From the NCBI GenBank assembly GCA_038232055.1, contig JBBSIN010000002.1, positions 11,240 through 75,239 on the forward strand: DNA of 64,000 nt, in the 5' to 3' direction. Of this stretch, positions 20,113 to 29,087 are shown piece after piece. Each line of letters begins with the position of its first letter. The first letter of the stretch is position 1. A program made the position numbers and the translations under genes. Source of the stretch: Mycobacteriales bacterium. Lineage in GTDB: Bacteria > Actinomycetota > Actinomycetes > JADGOV01. Below the pieces are notes generated by a model. The model saw only the letters and a program-made list of their open reading frames with translations. It had not been told where the DNA came from and did no database searches.

Positions 20113-20507
20113 CGGGACGCTGGGTCCGTCGGCTGGTCGCCGGAGACCACGAGCACTCCCGCATCGAAGCAGGTGCGGGCGCCGGTGTGGCAGGCCCCAC
20201 CCGCCTGGTCGACCCGCAACAGCACCGTGTCGCCGTCACAGTCCAGGGCGACCGAGCGCACGGTCTGGACGTGGCCCGAGGTCTCGCCCTTGACCCAGTA
20301 CTGCTGCCGGCTTCGGCTCCAGTACGTCGCGCGCCCGGTCGAGAGCGTGCGCTGCAGCGCTTCGTCGTCCATCCACGCGACCATGAGGACCTCGCCGGTG
20401 TCGTGCTGCTGCGCCACCGCCGGAAAGAGGCCGTCGCGGTCGCGCTTGAGCCGCTCGGCGATGGCGGCGGGCAGGCCGGAGACGGGCCGTTGAGGGTCAG
20501 CGGGCAT
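20109..20507 (-). CDS. hisI: phosphoribosyl-AMP cyclohydrolase
   Basis: '[39 protein letters not shown]...[19 protein letters not shown]'. Confidence 0.95.
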   Translation of the reverse strand: MPADPQRPVSGLPAAIAERLKRDRDGLFPAVAQQHDTGEVLMVAWMDDEALQRTLSTGRATYWSRSRQQYWVKGETSGHVQTVRSVALDCDGDTVLLRVDQAGGACHTGARTCFDAGVLVVSGDQPTDPASR

Positions 20508-20557
20508 GCCAAAAGTGTGCTGGACGCCTCGCCGAACCTCGCCGGGCGCCCGGCAGA

Positions 20558-21136
20558 TCAGACCGGATCGCCGAAGAACCGCTTGCTCTCCACGTTGAAC
20601 ATCAGGAGGTAGATGATCACTGCGGACAGCGCGATGCCCACGAGCGAGCCGATCGGGTTGCGCCCGATCGTCGCGAGGTTGGACACGATGCCGATGGAGA
20701 CCAGGACGACGGTGACGAGCCGCGCCGTCCGATCGGCCTTCTTGAGGCGCCCGGCAAGCACGATATAGGCGATGCCGATCGCCAGCAGGATGACTGCGAA
20801 GATCAGGAAGAGGGCGTTGACGCTCGTCGCCACGAAACCGAAGAGCGCCCCGAGAAAGGCGAACCCGGCACCGATGTAGAGCAGAATCGCGACCGTGCGC
20901 ACCGGACTGGGCGTGACCGGTCCGCCGACACCGCCGCCGGCGCCGTAGGGCTGCGTGCCGTAAGGCTGGGTGCCGTACGCGGGAGGGGCGTAGGCCGGTG
21001 GGGTGCCGTAGCCACCCTCGGGCGCACCCGGAGCGCCGTACTCGGGGCCGGCGACCGGCGGCGGCGTCTCGGCGCCCGGCGGAGTCGCATACGGATCCTC
21101 GCGTGGCTGGTCGGACGGACCGGTCGGCACGCTCAT
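20558..21136 (-). CDS. membrane protein with Pro/Gly/Tyr-rich N-terminal region
   Basis: '[20 protein letters not shown]' followed by 4 TM helices. ATG at 21136 sits behind an AAGGGAG RBS. Confidence 0.7.
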   Translation of the reverse strand: MSVPTGPSDQPREDPYATPPGAETPPPVAGPEYGAPGAPEGGYGTPPAYAPPAYGTQPYGTQPYGAGGGVGGPVTPSPVRTVAILLYIGAGFAFLGALFGFVATSVNALFLIFAVILLAIGIAYIVLAGRLKKADRTARLVTVVLVSIGIVSNLATIGRNPIGSLVGIALSAVIIYLLMFNVESKRFFGDPV

Positions 21137-21337
21137 GCTCGTCTCCCTTGGATCGGCCCCGCGCTGCATTGGCTACTTGGGTCGGGTCTGCTGCTTGCGG
21201 TCAAGTAACCGCAAAGTTACCCTTCCCGGCGCTCGGTCGGCCAGGTACGACGCGCGAAGCAACCTTCGCCCGGTTGGCCTCCCGCTTGGCCTGGTGCCAG
21301 GTCCGCTCGCCCAGTCCTGAAACGCTTCCGCGCTTGA

Positions 21338-21478
21338 CCCGTCTGCCGTTGACGGGCATGCAGGAACCCTTAGTCGATCTCCTTCGCTTGGCCCGTGGTG
21401 GTTAGTTGATCTCAAATTGAGCCTGTCAGCAACAACAGTCAAGGCGAAGGAGATCGCAACCCGGCGCCCGACCGCCAT
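21338..21478. repeat. structured ~120-nt repeat, copy A (hairpin, 16-codon micro-ORF, long-range stem)
   Basis: By-eye alignment gives ~85% identity to 39631-39751. Hairpin cccgtc/gacggg at 21338-21356. The + strand micro-ORF at 21358-21405 encodes MQEPLVDLLRLARGG*. GTCGATCTCCTTCGC (21373-21387) is complementary to GCGAAGGAGATCG (21444-21456). Confidence 0.6.
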
Positions 21479-22244
21479 CTGCTTCCGCGGGAAGTCGCCG
21501 AGGTCGCCTTCAGTCGGCCGCGGAACCGGCGGCGTCATGGTCCTGCGCGGCTCGCTCACGGTCGAGTACAGCCGGGTGAACCGCAACCGGGCCAACCTCA
21601 CGTCGTCGCTGCCGTCCTTCGCCGGTGACGGCGTGATCGAACTGAGCGCCAACTCTGGCGCCATCCACGTCGGAGACGGCGTACCGACCAGGGTCGATAG
21701 CAGCGAGCTCGCCGACAATGTGGTTACCGCGAACGACCCCCGGGGCGAGGTCCTCGCTGTCGACTCCGCGATGCGGGTCGGTGACAGCCCACTGGTCATG
21801 CGGACAGTGTCATCAGGGGCAACCGGGTGACTGGCACGCCGGCCAACTCGGCCGATGTCGGCCCGGGCGGCAGCGCGTTGGAGCTCGACGGGGGCGGCAC
21901 GATCCGGCACACCCGCATTACGGGGAACAGCTCCACCGCTATCAGCTCGGCAGGCGCCGCTGCGAGGTGCCGCCCAGGGCGGCGGCATCTGGAATGGAGT
22001 CGAGCTCTCCCGTCCGCCCGTCCGGCTCACGCTGAATAACACGACGGTGTCCCGGAACTCCCTCAAAGCGAGTCACCGCCTTCCCGCTCAAGGCGGCGGG
22101 CTCTACACCACGTGTCCGGTGACTCTCACCAACAGCACCACGCGGCGCAACATCCCGGACAATCTGTTCGGCGTAAGGGCACGCGCTGGCAGTGTCAGCA
22201 CCGTCGCTACCGCGGAACGACAGGGCAGCGAGCGCCAGCCGTAG
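21417..22244 (+). pseudogene. right-handed parallel beta-helix repeat protein, frameshifted and N-terminally truncated
   Basis: Three successive + frames carry beta-helix style repeats: 'LTVEYSRVNRN', 'TIRHTRITGNSS', 'GGGIWNGV...LTLNNTTVSRN' and 'GGGLYTT..VTLTNSTTRRN'. Frame changes occur near 21827 and ~21950. There is no signal peptide. Confidence 0.55.
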
Positions 22245-22396
22245 CTGGACCGGGCGAAACGGGATCAGCCTCCCCTCCACGCGAGCGTCCGGTCTCTGAG
22301 CGTCGTACGGCGCGCGCGTCAATGTTGAGCGCGGCGGCACCAGCCGCAATAGTGAGGGCAGAAGCACCGGAGTCCCGGTCCGGCAGGGAGGCATCC

Positions 22397-22792
22397 ATGC
22401 GTGTTCGTGACGGAATGAGCCAGACGGTGCTCACGGTCGGACCCACCCACACGCTGCGCGATGCGGCGAACCGCATGGCGGCGCGGAAGGTGGGGGCTGC
22501 GGTGGTGCACGACCCGGACAACGACGGGCTCGGCATCATCACCGAGCGCGACGTGCTCAACGCCATCGGTACCAACCAGGACCCGGATACCGAGCTCGTC
22601 GCCGAGCACCTGACGAGCAGCCTCGTCGTGGCCGCGCCGGACTGGCCGCTGGAGAAGGCGGCCGAGGCGATGGTCAGGGGAGGCTTTCGGCACCTTGTCG
22701 TCCTCGAAGGCAACGACGTGATCGGCCTGCTCGCCATGCGTGACATCGTCCGGTGCTGGACGGAACAGGGCAGCTCGACGGCGGCCGGCTGA
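22397..22792 (+). CDS. CBS domain pair protein
   Basis: 'MRVRDGMSQTVLTVGP...GAAVVHD..LGIITERDVL' and 'FRHLVVLEGNDVIGLLAMRDIV'. ATG sits behind a GGGAGG RBS. Confidence 0.85.
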   Translation: MRVRDGMSQTVLTVGPTHTLRDAANRMAARKVGAAVVHDPDNDGLGIITERDVLNAIGTNQDPDTELVAEHLTSSLVVAAPDWPLEKAAEAMVRGGFRHLVVLEGNDVIGLLAMRDIVRCWTEQGSSTAAG

Positions 22793-23370
22793 ACCCGCAC
22801 CCGCACCTCCACGCGCAGCAACCCGCGGCGCAGCACCCCACGGCCGGCGGCGACACCGCGCCGAAGGAGGTGCGCTTCTGCTCGCGCTGTGGGACCGGGA
22901 TGGTGACCCGGCCGATTGCCGGCCGGGCGCGGCGTACCTGCCCGTTCTGTGGCTTCGTGCACTTCGTCGACCCCAAGGTGGCGGTGGGCACGGTCGTCGT
23001 CCTGGCCGGGCGGCTGCTGCTCGTACGGCGCACCATGGAGCCGCACCGTGGCCGCTGGAGCCTGCCGGCCGGGTTTCTCGACGCGGGCGAGGATCCGCGG
23101 GCAGCGGCGGCGCGAGAGACGCTCGAGGAGGCCGGGGTCGCCATCGACGTCGGGGAGCTGCTGGACGTGGTGGCGAAACCGTCGGGGAGCGCGACGCTGT
23201 TCCTCGTGTACCGGGCCACCTACGTCGGCAACGAACCCCGCGCTGGCGACGACGCCGATGCGGCAGCCTTCTTCGGCCCCGACAAGCTTCCGGAGCTCGC
23301 CTTCGAGAGCACCCGGGCCGCCGTACGACGGTGGCTCAGCGATCCTGCAGAGCGTCCAGCGCCACGGTGA
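22753..23370 (+). CDS. NUDIX hydrolase with N-terminal zinc ribbon
   Basis: Zinc ribbon 'CSRCG...CPFCG' and Nudix box 'GFLDAGEDPRAAAARETLEEAG'. Confidence 0.85.
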   Translation: MLDGTGQLDGGRLNPHPHLHAQQPAAQHPTAGGDTAPKEVRFCSRCGTGMVTRPIAGRARRTCPFCGFVHFVDPKVAVGTVVVLAGRLLLVRRTMEPHRGRWSLPAGFLDAGEDPRAAAARETLEEAGVAIDVGELLDVVAKPSGSATLFLVYRATYVGNEPRAGDDADAAAFFGPDKLPELAFESTRAAVRRWLSDPAERPAPR

Positions 23371-23953
23371 GCGCCATGGCAACGCGGCGGTCGAGCACCC
23401 GGTCAGTGTCGCCGGTGAGGTCGAGGACGTAGCGGTCGCGCAGCGCCACCAGCCGCTGGTAACGCCCGACCCGCCGGTTCCCCACCGAGATGTCGAAGTG
23501 GAACGGCAGGAAGAACGGCACGTTCTCGGCGACCGGGATGAAGCCCCATACCCGGCGCAGGATCGCGATGAAGACGCTGCTCTCCTGCGCGCTCGCGACC
23601 ACCTGCCCCTGGCCGTCGAGCACCTGCCAGCTGGAGCGGAGCAGCGACTGCCCGAAGACCTTCTGCAGCTGACCGATCACCGTGCCGTCGGGCAGCAGCA
23701 CGTCGGTACGGCCGCGGAATTCGAAGACCTTGCGGGCCTTGAGGCGCAGTACGAGCTGGTTCTGCGCCTCGTCGGCAAAGAAGTTGATCTCTTCGCGAAT
23801 CTTCATCCGCTTCTGCCGCACGTAGACCAGCGGTTCACCTTCGCTGCTCCCGTCGGCCGCGACCGTCGAGATGCGGTAGCTGTTGACCAGTGGCGCGAAC
23901 TTCTGCTGCACGAACAGCCGGTCGAGCGTCGACACCTGGTCCAGCACGTCCAT
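23336..23953 (-). CDS. scramblase/LURP-one (Tubby C-terminal-like) superfamily protein
   Basis: 'LFVQQKFAPLVNSYRI...LVLRLKARKVFEFRGRTDVLLPDGTVIGQLQKVF' resembles bacterial scramblase-related proteins, from memory. Confidence 0.55.
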   Translation of the reverse strand: MDVLDQVSTLDRLFVQQKFAPLVNSYRISTVAADGSSEGEPLVYVRQKRMKIREEINFFADEAQNQLVLRLKARKVFEFRGRTDVLLPDGTVIGQLQKVFGQSLLRSSWQVLDGQGQVVASAQESSVFIAILRRVWGFIPVAENVPFFLPFHFDISVGNRRVGRYQRLVALRDRYVLDLTGDTDRVLDRRVAMALTVALDALQDR

Positions 23954-24005
23954 ACGACCCAGCCAACCACATCGGGCCACAGGCTGAGGGCGCTAGTTTC
24001 GCGGC

Positions 24006-24797
24006 ATGGCACCGGCTCCCCCGACCGACCTGATACCGGCGGCGCTCCTCGACTGCCTGATCGACCACGCTGCGCTCTTTCCGCCGGCTCGGCTGCCGCT
24101 CGACGAGGCAGTCTCCCTGGACCGGCGGCTTCGCGGCGGGCCGCACGGGTACTTGCTCGGGGCCTTTGTCTGCCCGTCGTCACGCCTGGACGAGCTGGCC
24201 GGTGCGCTCGAGGAGCACGAGCGGCTGCCGGTCTCCGCCGTTGTCGAGGACGCCCGGGTGCCGCGGCCCACCGACCCCCGGGTCTACCTGCGGATGCTCG
24301 AGCGGGCAATGACCGCTGACGAGGCGCTCGAGGCGCTGCAGGACGCACCGCCCGGCCTGCCGGCGTACGTCGAGGTGCCGCATGACGACCTCGAACGCGA
24401 TCTCGACACGTTGAGCAAGGCTCGCGCCGACGGCCGCCCGGTGGGCGCGAAGGTGCGCTGCGGCGGGGCCAGCGTGCCGAGCGATGCGGAGCTGGCATCG
24501 TTCGTCACGGCCTGCGCCGACCGTGGGCTACCGCTCAAGGCCACTCAGGGGCTGCACCACGCGATCCGTACCGAGCAGGAGCACGGCTTCCTCAATTTGC
24601 TGCTCGCGTGCGCGGTCGCGCTGGAGGGCGGGGACGTGCGCGGAGTGCTCGCCGAGCGATCCGCGCCGATCCTGCTGACGGCGATGCCCGATGAGGAGAC
24701 GGCTCGCCGGATGCGCCAGGACCTGCTCGTCAGCTACGGCTCGTGCAGCGTCGAGGAGCCGGTCGCGGCCCTGCAGTCGCTTGGTGTCCTGGCATGA
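24006..24797 (+). CDS. conserved hypothetical protein, translationally coupled to fumarylacetoacetase
   Basis: 263-aa ORF with good GC3. Its stop overlaps the fahA ATG (ATGA). No family recognised ('AKVRCGG...LKATQGLHHAIR'). Confidence 0.6.
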   Translation: MAPAPPTDLIPAALLDCLIDHAALFPPARLPLDEAVSLDRRLRGGPHGYLLGAFVCPSSRLDELAGALEEHERLPVSAVVEDARVPRPTDPRVYLRMLERAMTADEALEALQDAPPGLPAYVEVPHDDLERDLDTLSKARADGRPVGAKVRCGGASVPSDAELASFVTACADRGLPLKATQGLHHAIRTEQEHGFLNLLLACAVALEGGDVRGVLAERSAPILLTAMPDEETARRMRQDLLVSYGSCSVEEPVAALQSLGVLA

Positions 24798-25996
24798 CGT
24801 GGGTGCCCGTTCCGGACGGCTCGGACTTCCCGATCGAGAACCTGCCGTACGGGATGTTCACCACCGGCGACCGGGAGCCCTCGCTGGGAGTGGCCGTGGG
24901 CCAGCAGGTCGTCGACGTGAGCGCCCTGTCCCGGGCCGGGGCGTTCCCCGACGTCGCCGACGGGGTGCTGGCGACGCTCGACAGGCTGATGGCGGCCGGA
25001 CGACCGGTCTGGTCCGCCGTACGGCGCGAACTCACCACGCTGCTCACCGACGAGGCGGCGCGGCCGCGGGTCGAGCCCGCGATGGTCCCCCAGGCCGACG
25101 TCACCATGCTGCTGCCGTTTGCCGTCGGCGACTACGTCGACTTCTACTCCTCGATCGAACACGCCACGAACATCGGCCGGCTCTTCCGGCCGGACGCCGA
25201 GCCGCTGACGCCCAACTGGCGGCACCTACCGATCGGCTACCACGGCCGCGCGGGCACCGTCGTCGTCTCCGGTACGTCGATCGCCCGACCCGCCGGGCAG
25301 CGGCGCGGCGCGGACGGCGGACCGCCCGTGTTCGGACCGTCGATGCGGCTCGACATCGAAGCCGAGGTTGGCTTCGTCGTCGGCACGCCCAGCCCGCTCG
25401 GGCAGCCGGTGCCGACGGCCGCGGCAAAGGAGCACGTCTTCGGGCTGGTCCTCGTCAACGATTGGAGCGCCCGCGACATCCAGGCCTGGGAGTACCAGCC
25501 GCTCGGCCCCTTCCTCGGCAAGTCCTTCGCGACCACGATCTCGCCGTGGGTCGTACCGCTGGCGGCTCTGGCCGGCGCTCGGGTGCCGGCCCCGGTCCAG
25601 GATCCGCAGCCCCTCCCCTATCTCCGCTGTGCCGGCGACTGGGGCCTCGACCTGCGGATCGAGGTGGAGATCGGCGGGGGCGTGGTGTCGCGTCCGCCGT
25701 TCGCCGGCATGTACTGGACCATCTCGCAGCAGCTCGCGCACGCCACCGTCAACGGGGCAGCCCTCCGCACCGGCGACCTCTTCGCGTCCGGAACGGTCTC
25801 CGGACCCGACAGGCACCAGCGGGGCAGCCTGATCGAGCTCTCGTGGGGCGGCACGGAGCCGGTGCGGCTCGCCGACGGTTCGACCCGCACCTTCCTCGAG
25901 GACGGCGACTCGGTGACGCTCCGCGCCCGGACCGGTCGCGGCCCTCGGCTCGGCTTCGGCGAATGCACGGGGAAAATTACGCCGTCCGGCCCTTAG
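24794..25996 (+). CDS. fahA: fumarylacetoacetase
   Basis: 'FPIENLPYGMF', 'DYVDFYSSIEHATN', 'LPIGYHGRAG', 'LDIEAEVGFVVG', 'VNDWSARDIQAWEYQPLGPFLGKSF' and 'GDLFASGTVSGP'. Confidence 0.9.
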   Translation: MTWVPVPDGSDFPIENLPYGMFTTGDREPSLGVAVGQQVVDVSALSRAGAFPDVADGVLATLDRLMAAGRPVWSAVRRELTTLLTDEAARPRVEPAMVPQADVTMLLPFAVGDYVDFYSSIEHATNIGRLFRPDAEPLTPNWRHLPIGYHGRAGTVVVSGTSIARPAGQRRGADGGPPVFGPSMRLDIEAEVGFVVGTPSPLGQPVPTAAAKEHVFGLVLVNDWSARDIQAWEYQPLGPFLGKSFATTISPWVVPLAALAGARVPAPVQDPQPLPYLRCAGDWGLDLRIEVEIGGGVVSRPPFAGMYWTISQQLAHATVNGAALRTGDLFASGTVSGPDRHQRGSLIELSWGGTEPVRLADGSTRTFLEDGDSVTLRARTGRGPRLGFGECTGKITPSGP

Positions 25997-26009
25997 TTGG
26001 ACCTCGCTC

Positions 26010-27506
26010 GTGCCGAATCCTGGAAATGTGACGACCCTTCCCAGCACCACCCGGGCCGCCACGCAGGCGCCTGCACAGCGTCGCGCCGAGACCACCGTAC
26101 CGCTGCGCGTGGGCCCGGAGTGGCGACGGCAGTACGCCGCCGTGCTGATTCTCCTGGACTTCGCCGTCGCGATCGCCGGCGGCATCGCCGCCTCCATCGT
26201 ACGCTTCGGCGACTCGGGTGGCCCCGACGGGCGCTACGTCGCGTGGACGCTGATCTTCCCGCCGCTCTACGTCGCCGCGGCGGCCGCCAGCCGCGCGTAC
26301 GAGCACCGCTTCCTCGGCTCCGGGTCGGAGGAGTATCGGCGGCTCCTGCACGCCGCCGTCTGCCTCGCGGCGGCGATCGCGAGCATGGCCTTCGGGTTCG
26401 CGCTGTCGGTGCCGCGCGGCTACGTCGTCGTCGCGCTCCCGGTGGCCGTTGGCGGTTCGCTCACCGGACGCTCGATCGCGCGGACCCTGCTCCGCGCGGC
26501 CCGCCGGCGCGGCAGCTGCCAGCACCGCGTGCTGCTCGTCGGCACCGAGCGCTCGATCGCCGAGATGATCCGCCAGGTCGCGCGTGACCCCGACGCCGGC
26601 TTCGCGGTGGTCGGCGCCTGCCTCGACCGGAGTAGGGGCGACACGATCGAGGGCGTGCCGATCGTCGGTACGTCGAAGACCATCCTGGCGGCGCTGCGCA
26701 GCAGCCGGGCCGACACCGTCGCCGTCACCGCCTGGTCCATCCTCACCCAGCGCGAGCTGCGGCGGCTGTCCTGGCAGCTCGAGGGCAGTGACGTCGAGGT
26801 GCTCGTCGCCCCCGCGATCACCGACATCGCCGGGCCCCGGATCCACATCCGGCCGGTGGCCGGCCTCCCCCTGCTGCACGTCGAACAGCCGCAGTTCGCC
26901 GGCGGCCGCCGGATCGTCAAGGGTGGCTTCGACCGGCTGGTCGCCGGTACCGCCCTGCTCATCGTCGCGCCGGTGCTGCTGACGATCGGCGCGGCGATCC
27001 GGTTCACGAGCAGCGGTCCCGCACTGTTCCGGCAGCGACGGGTCGGCCGTGACGGGCGCGAGTTCATGATTTACAAGTTCCGGACGATGTACGTCGACGC
27101 CGAGGCGCGGCTGTCCGAGCTGGTCCACCTCAACGAGGCGTCGGACGGCCTGCTGTTCAAGATGCGCAGCGACCCCAGGGTCACCCGCATCGGGGCTGCC
27201 CTGCGGCGCTACTCGATCGACGAGCTTCCGCAGCTGCTCAACGTGGTCCGCGGCGAGATGTCGCTCGTCGGCCCGCGCCCGCCGTTGCCGGCCGAGGTCG
27301 CTCAGTACGAGGACGACGTGCACCGGCGACTCCTGGTCAAGCCGGGCCTCACCGGGCTCTGGCAGGTCAGCGGCCGGTCGGACCTGTCGTGGGAGGAGGC
27401 CGTGCGCCTCGACCTCAACTACGTGGAGAACTGGTCGCTCGCCGTCGACATCGGGATCCTGTGGCGTACGGCGTCCGCCGTACTCGCCAGTCGGGGTGCG
27501 TATTGA
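26010..27506 (+). CDS. exopolysaccharide/undecaprenyl-phosphate sugar phosphotransferase (WbaP/EpsB-like)
   Basis: N-terminal TM helices and a C-terminal 'FRQRRVGRDGREFMIYKFRTM...DELPQLLNVVRGEMSLVGPRP...KPGLTGLWQVSGRS'. Confidence 0.9.
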   Translation: MPNPGNVTTLPSTTRAATQAPAQRRAETTVPLRVGPEWRRQYAAVLILLDFAVAIAGGIAASIVRFGDSGGPDGRYVAWTLIFPPLYVAAAAASRAYEHRFLGSGSEEYRRLLHAAVCLAAAIASMAFGFALSVPRGYVVVALPVAVGGSLTGRSIARTLLRAARRRGSCQHRVLLVGTERSIAEMIRQVARDPDAGFAVVGACLDRSRGDTIEGVPIVGTSKTILAALRSSRADTVAVTAWSILTQRELRRLSWQLEGSDVEVLVAPAITDIAGPRIHIRPVAGLPLLHVEQPQFAGGRRIVKGGFDRLVAGTALLIVAPVLLTIGAAIRFTSSGPALFRQRRVGRDGREFMIYKFRTMYVDAEARLSELVHLNEASDGLLFKMRSDPRVTRIGAALRRYSIDELPQLLNVVRGEMSLVGPRPPLPAEVAQYEDDVHRRLLVKPGLTGLWQVSGRSDLSWEEAVRLDLNYVENWSLAVDIGILWRTASAVLASRGAY

Positions 27507-27605
27507 TGCGGGCTCCGATGTCCTCGCGCTGCCGGCTCCGGTCCTGGCGATCGCCGCTGCGCGTCGCGGGTTTCCGTCATCCGGGCTTGTGGGGCCGGTG
27601 CGACG

Positions 27606-28170
27606 ATGCCCGGCGTGGATACCGACCGGCTGCGTGAGGCGTTCCTCGAAGCCGACTACACCGTCGACGGCGTCCAGGCGCTGCTCGGACCGGTCGCCCA
27701 CGAGGCACTGAGCCGCGGTGAGGTGGTGCCGTCGCTGCGCGCGACGAGCGGCGGCAGCCGGCTGGAGACGCTGGTCCGGCTCTTCCTCCTCGGCGCGGCC
27801 GTGTCCGAGCAGGCGGCGACGCAGGCCGTCGGCCCTACGGCGAGCACTGGTGGATCGTCTCCGATACCAGCCCGCCCAGCCGGCCCGACCATGTGCTCGG
27901 CGTGGGCGGCGCGTCGGTCATGCTCGCGCAGGCCACGCTCCCGGACGTGATCACCACCTCGCTGGGCTCCGCCGCCGGGCCGGCGTGGACGCCGTCGGCG
28001 TGGCGGTGCTCGCGGCCTGTAACGGCGTCCGCCGGATGGGAGAGGTGCTGGCCGTCGCCGGGGCGGCGTACGGAGTTGCACCGGGTGACGCGCTGCCCGT
28101 CGTCCGTCGCCTCGTCGATGACGGCTATCTTCTCCCCGGCCAGCTGCCGCCCGAGGGAGGAGTCGCATGC
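27606..28170 (+). pseudogene. remnant of a class I SAM-dependent methyltransferase (core deleted, frameshifted)
   Basis: The N-terminus is 'VDTDRLREAFLEADYTVDGVQALLGP..RLETLVRLFLLG'. A frame change leads to 'RPYGEHWWIVSD..RPDHVLGVGGASVMLAQ', and a third frame carries a C-terminal '[30 protein letters not shown]'. The SAM-binding core expected between these parts is absent. Confidence 0.45.
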
Positions 28171-29087
28171 CTAGCCAGAGGCTGAGCGTGGCGGCGGAGG
28201 TCAGCGCCGCCCTCGCCGCCGGCCGGCCGGTCGTTGCTCTGGAAAGCACGCTGGTCGCCCACGGGCTGCCCCGCCCGGACAACCTCGCCATCGCGCGGGA
28301 CATCGAGGGTGCCGTCTGGTCCCGCGGCGCGGTGCCGGCAACGGTTGCCATGCTCGCCGGCACCGCCTGCGTCGGTCTCGACGACGCCCAGCTCATCCGC
28401 ATCGCCACCGGTGCGGAGGTGCCCAAGCTGTCCGTCCGCGACCTCGGCCCCGCCGCCGCCCAGCAGCGCGACGGCGCGACGACCGTCGCCGCCACCGCCG
28501 CGCTGGCCGCGCGGGCCGGCGTACGCGCCTTCGCGACCGGCGGGCTCGGTGGTGTGCACCGGGAGGCGCGGGAGACGTGGGACGAGTCGGCCGACCTGGA
28601 CACGCTGGCCCGTACGCCGATCGTGGTCGTCTGCTCCGGGGTGAAGTCGATCCTCGACGTCGGCGCCACGCTGGAGCGGCTGGAGACGCTCGGCGTCCCC
28701 GTGCTCGGTTACCGGACCGATCGCTTCCCCGGCTTCTACCGCACCGACTCTGGCCATCGCCTCGACTGGACAGCAGCCTCGCCGGCAGAAGTCGCGGCGG
28801 TCGCCGAGGCAGGGCGCGCGCTCGGCGTCGGCGACCGGGCGCTCGTCGTCGCCAACCCCCTCCCCCCGGACGAGCAGCTCGACCCGGAGCTGCACGACCG
28901 GGTGCTCGCCAGTGGACTCGCCGCGGCGTCGGCAAAAGGCGTGCGGGGGAAGGCCGTCACGCCCTTTTTGCTCTCGTGGTTCCACGCGGAGACCGGTGGC
29001 GCCAGTCTCACGGCAAACGTCCGGCTGGTGCGCCGCAACGCCGAACTGGCTGCCGACATCGCCGTGGCCCTCGCGACGCGGCCGTGA
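28167..29087 (+). CDS. psuG: pseudouridine-5'-phosphate glycosidase
   Basis: '[14 protein letters not shown]', '[27 protein letters not shown]', '[26 protein letters not shown]' and '[11 protein letters not shown]'. Confidence 0.9.
   Translation: MPSQRLSVAAEVSAALAAGRPVVALESTLVAHGLPRPDNLAIARDIEGAVWSRGAVPATVAMLAGTACVGLDDAQLIRIATGAEVPKLSVRDLGPAAAQQRDGATTVAATAALAARAGVRAFATGGLGGVHREARETWDESADLDTLARTPIVVVCSGVKSILDVGATLERLETLGVPVLGYRTDRFPGFYRTDSGHRLDWTAASPAEVAAVAEAGRALGVGDRALVVANPLPPDEQLDPELHDRVLASGLAAASAKGVRGKAVTPFLLSWFHAETGGASLTANVRLVRRNAELAADIAVALATRP

Noticed and set aside
21173-22066. A 297-aa minus-strand ORF covering the repeat and the beta-helix region.
   Set aside because: It is antisense to the recognisable beta-helix repeats, has no motif, and its only conserved part is the structured repeat itself. 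This is a high-GC open-frame artefact.
25977-27701. A 574-aa minus-strand ORF, with many similar long antisense ORFs elsewhere (for example 1017..2306, 9350..10756, 15954..17513, 43596..45371, 55932..57350).
   Set aside because: Each lies antisense to a gene with clear family motifs. Their translations are Arg/Gly/Asp-rich with no domain signatures.
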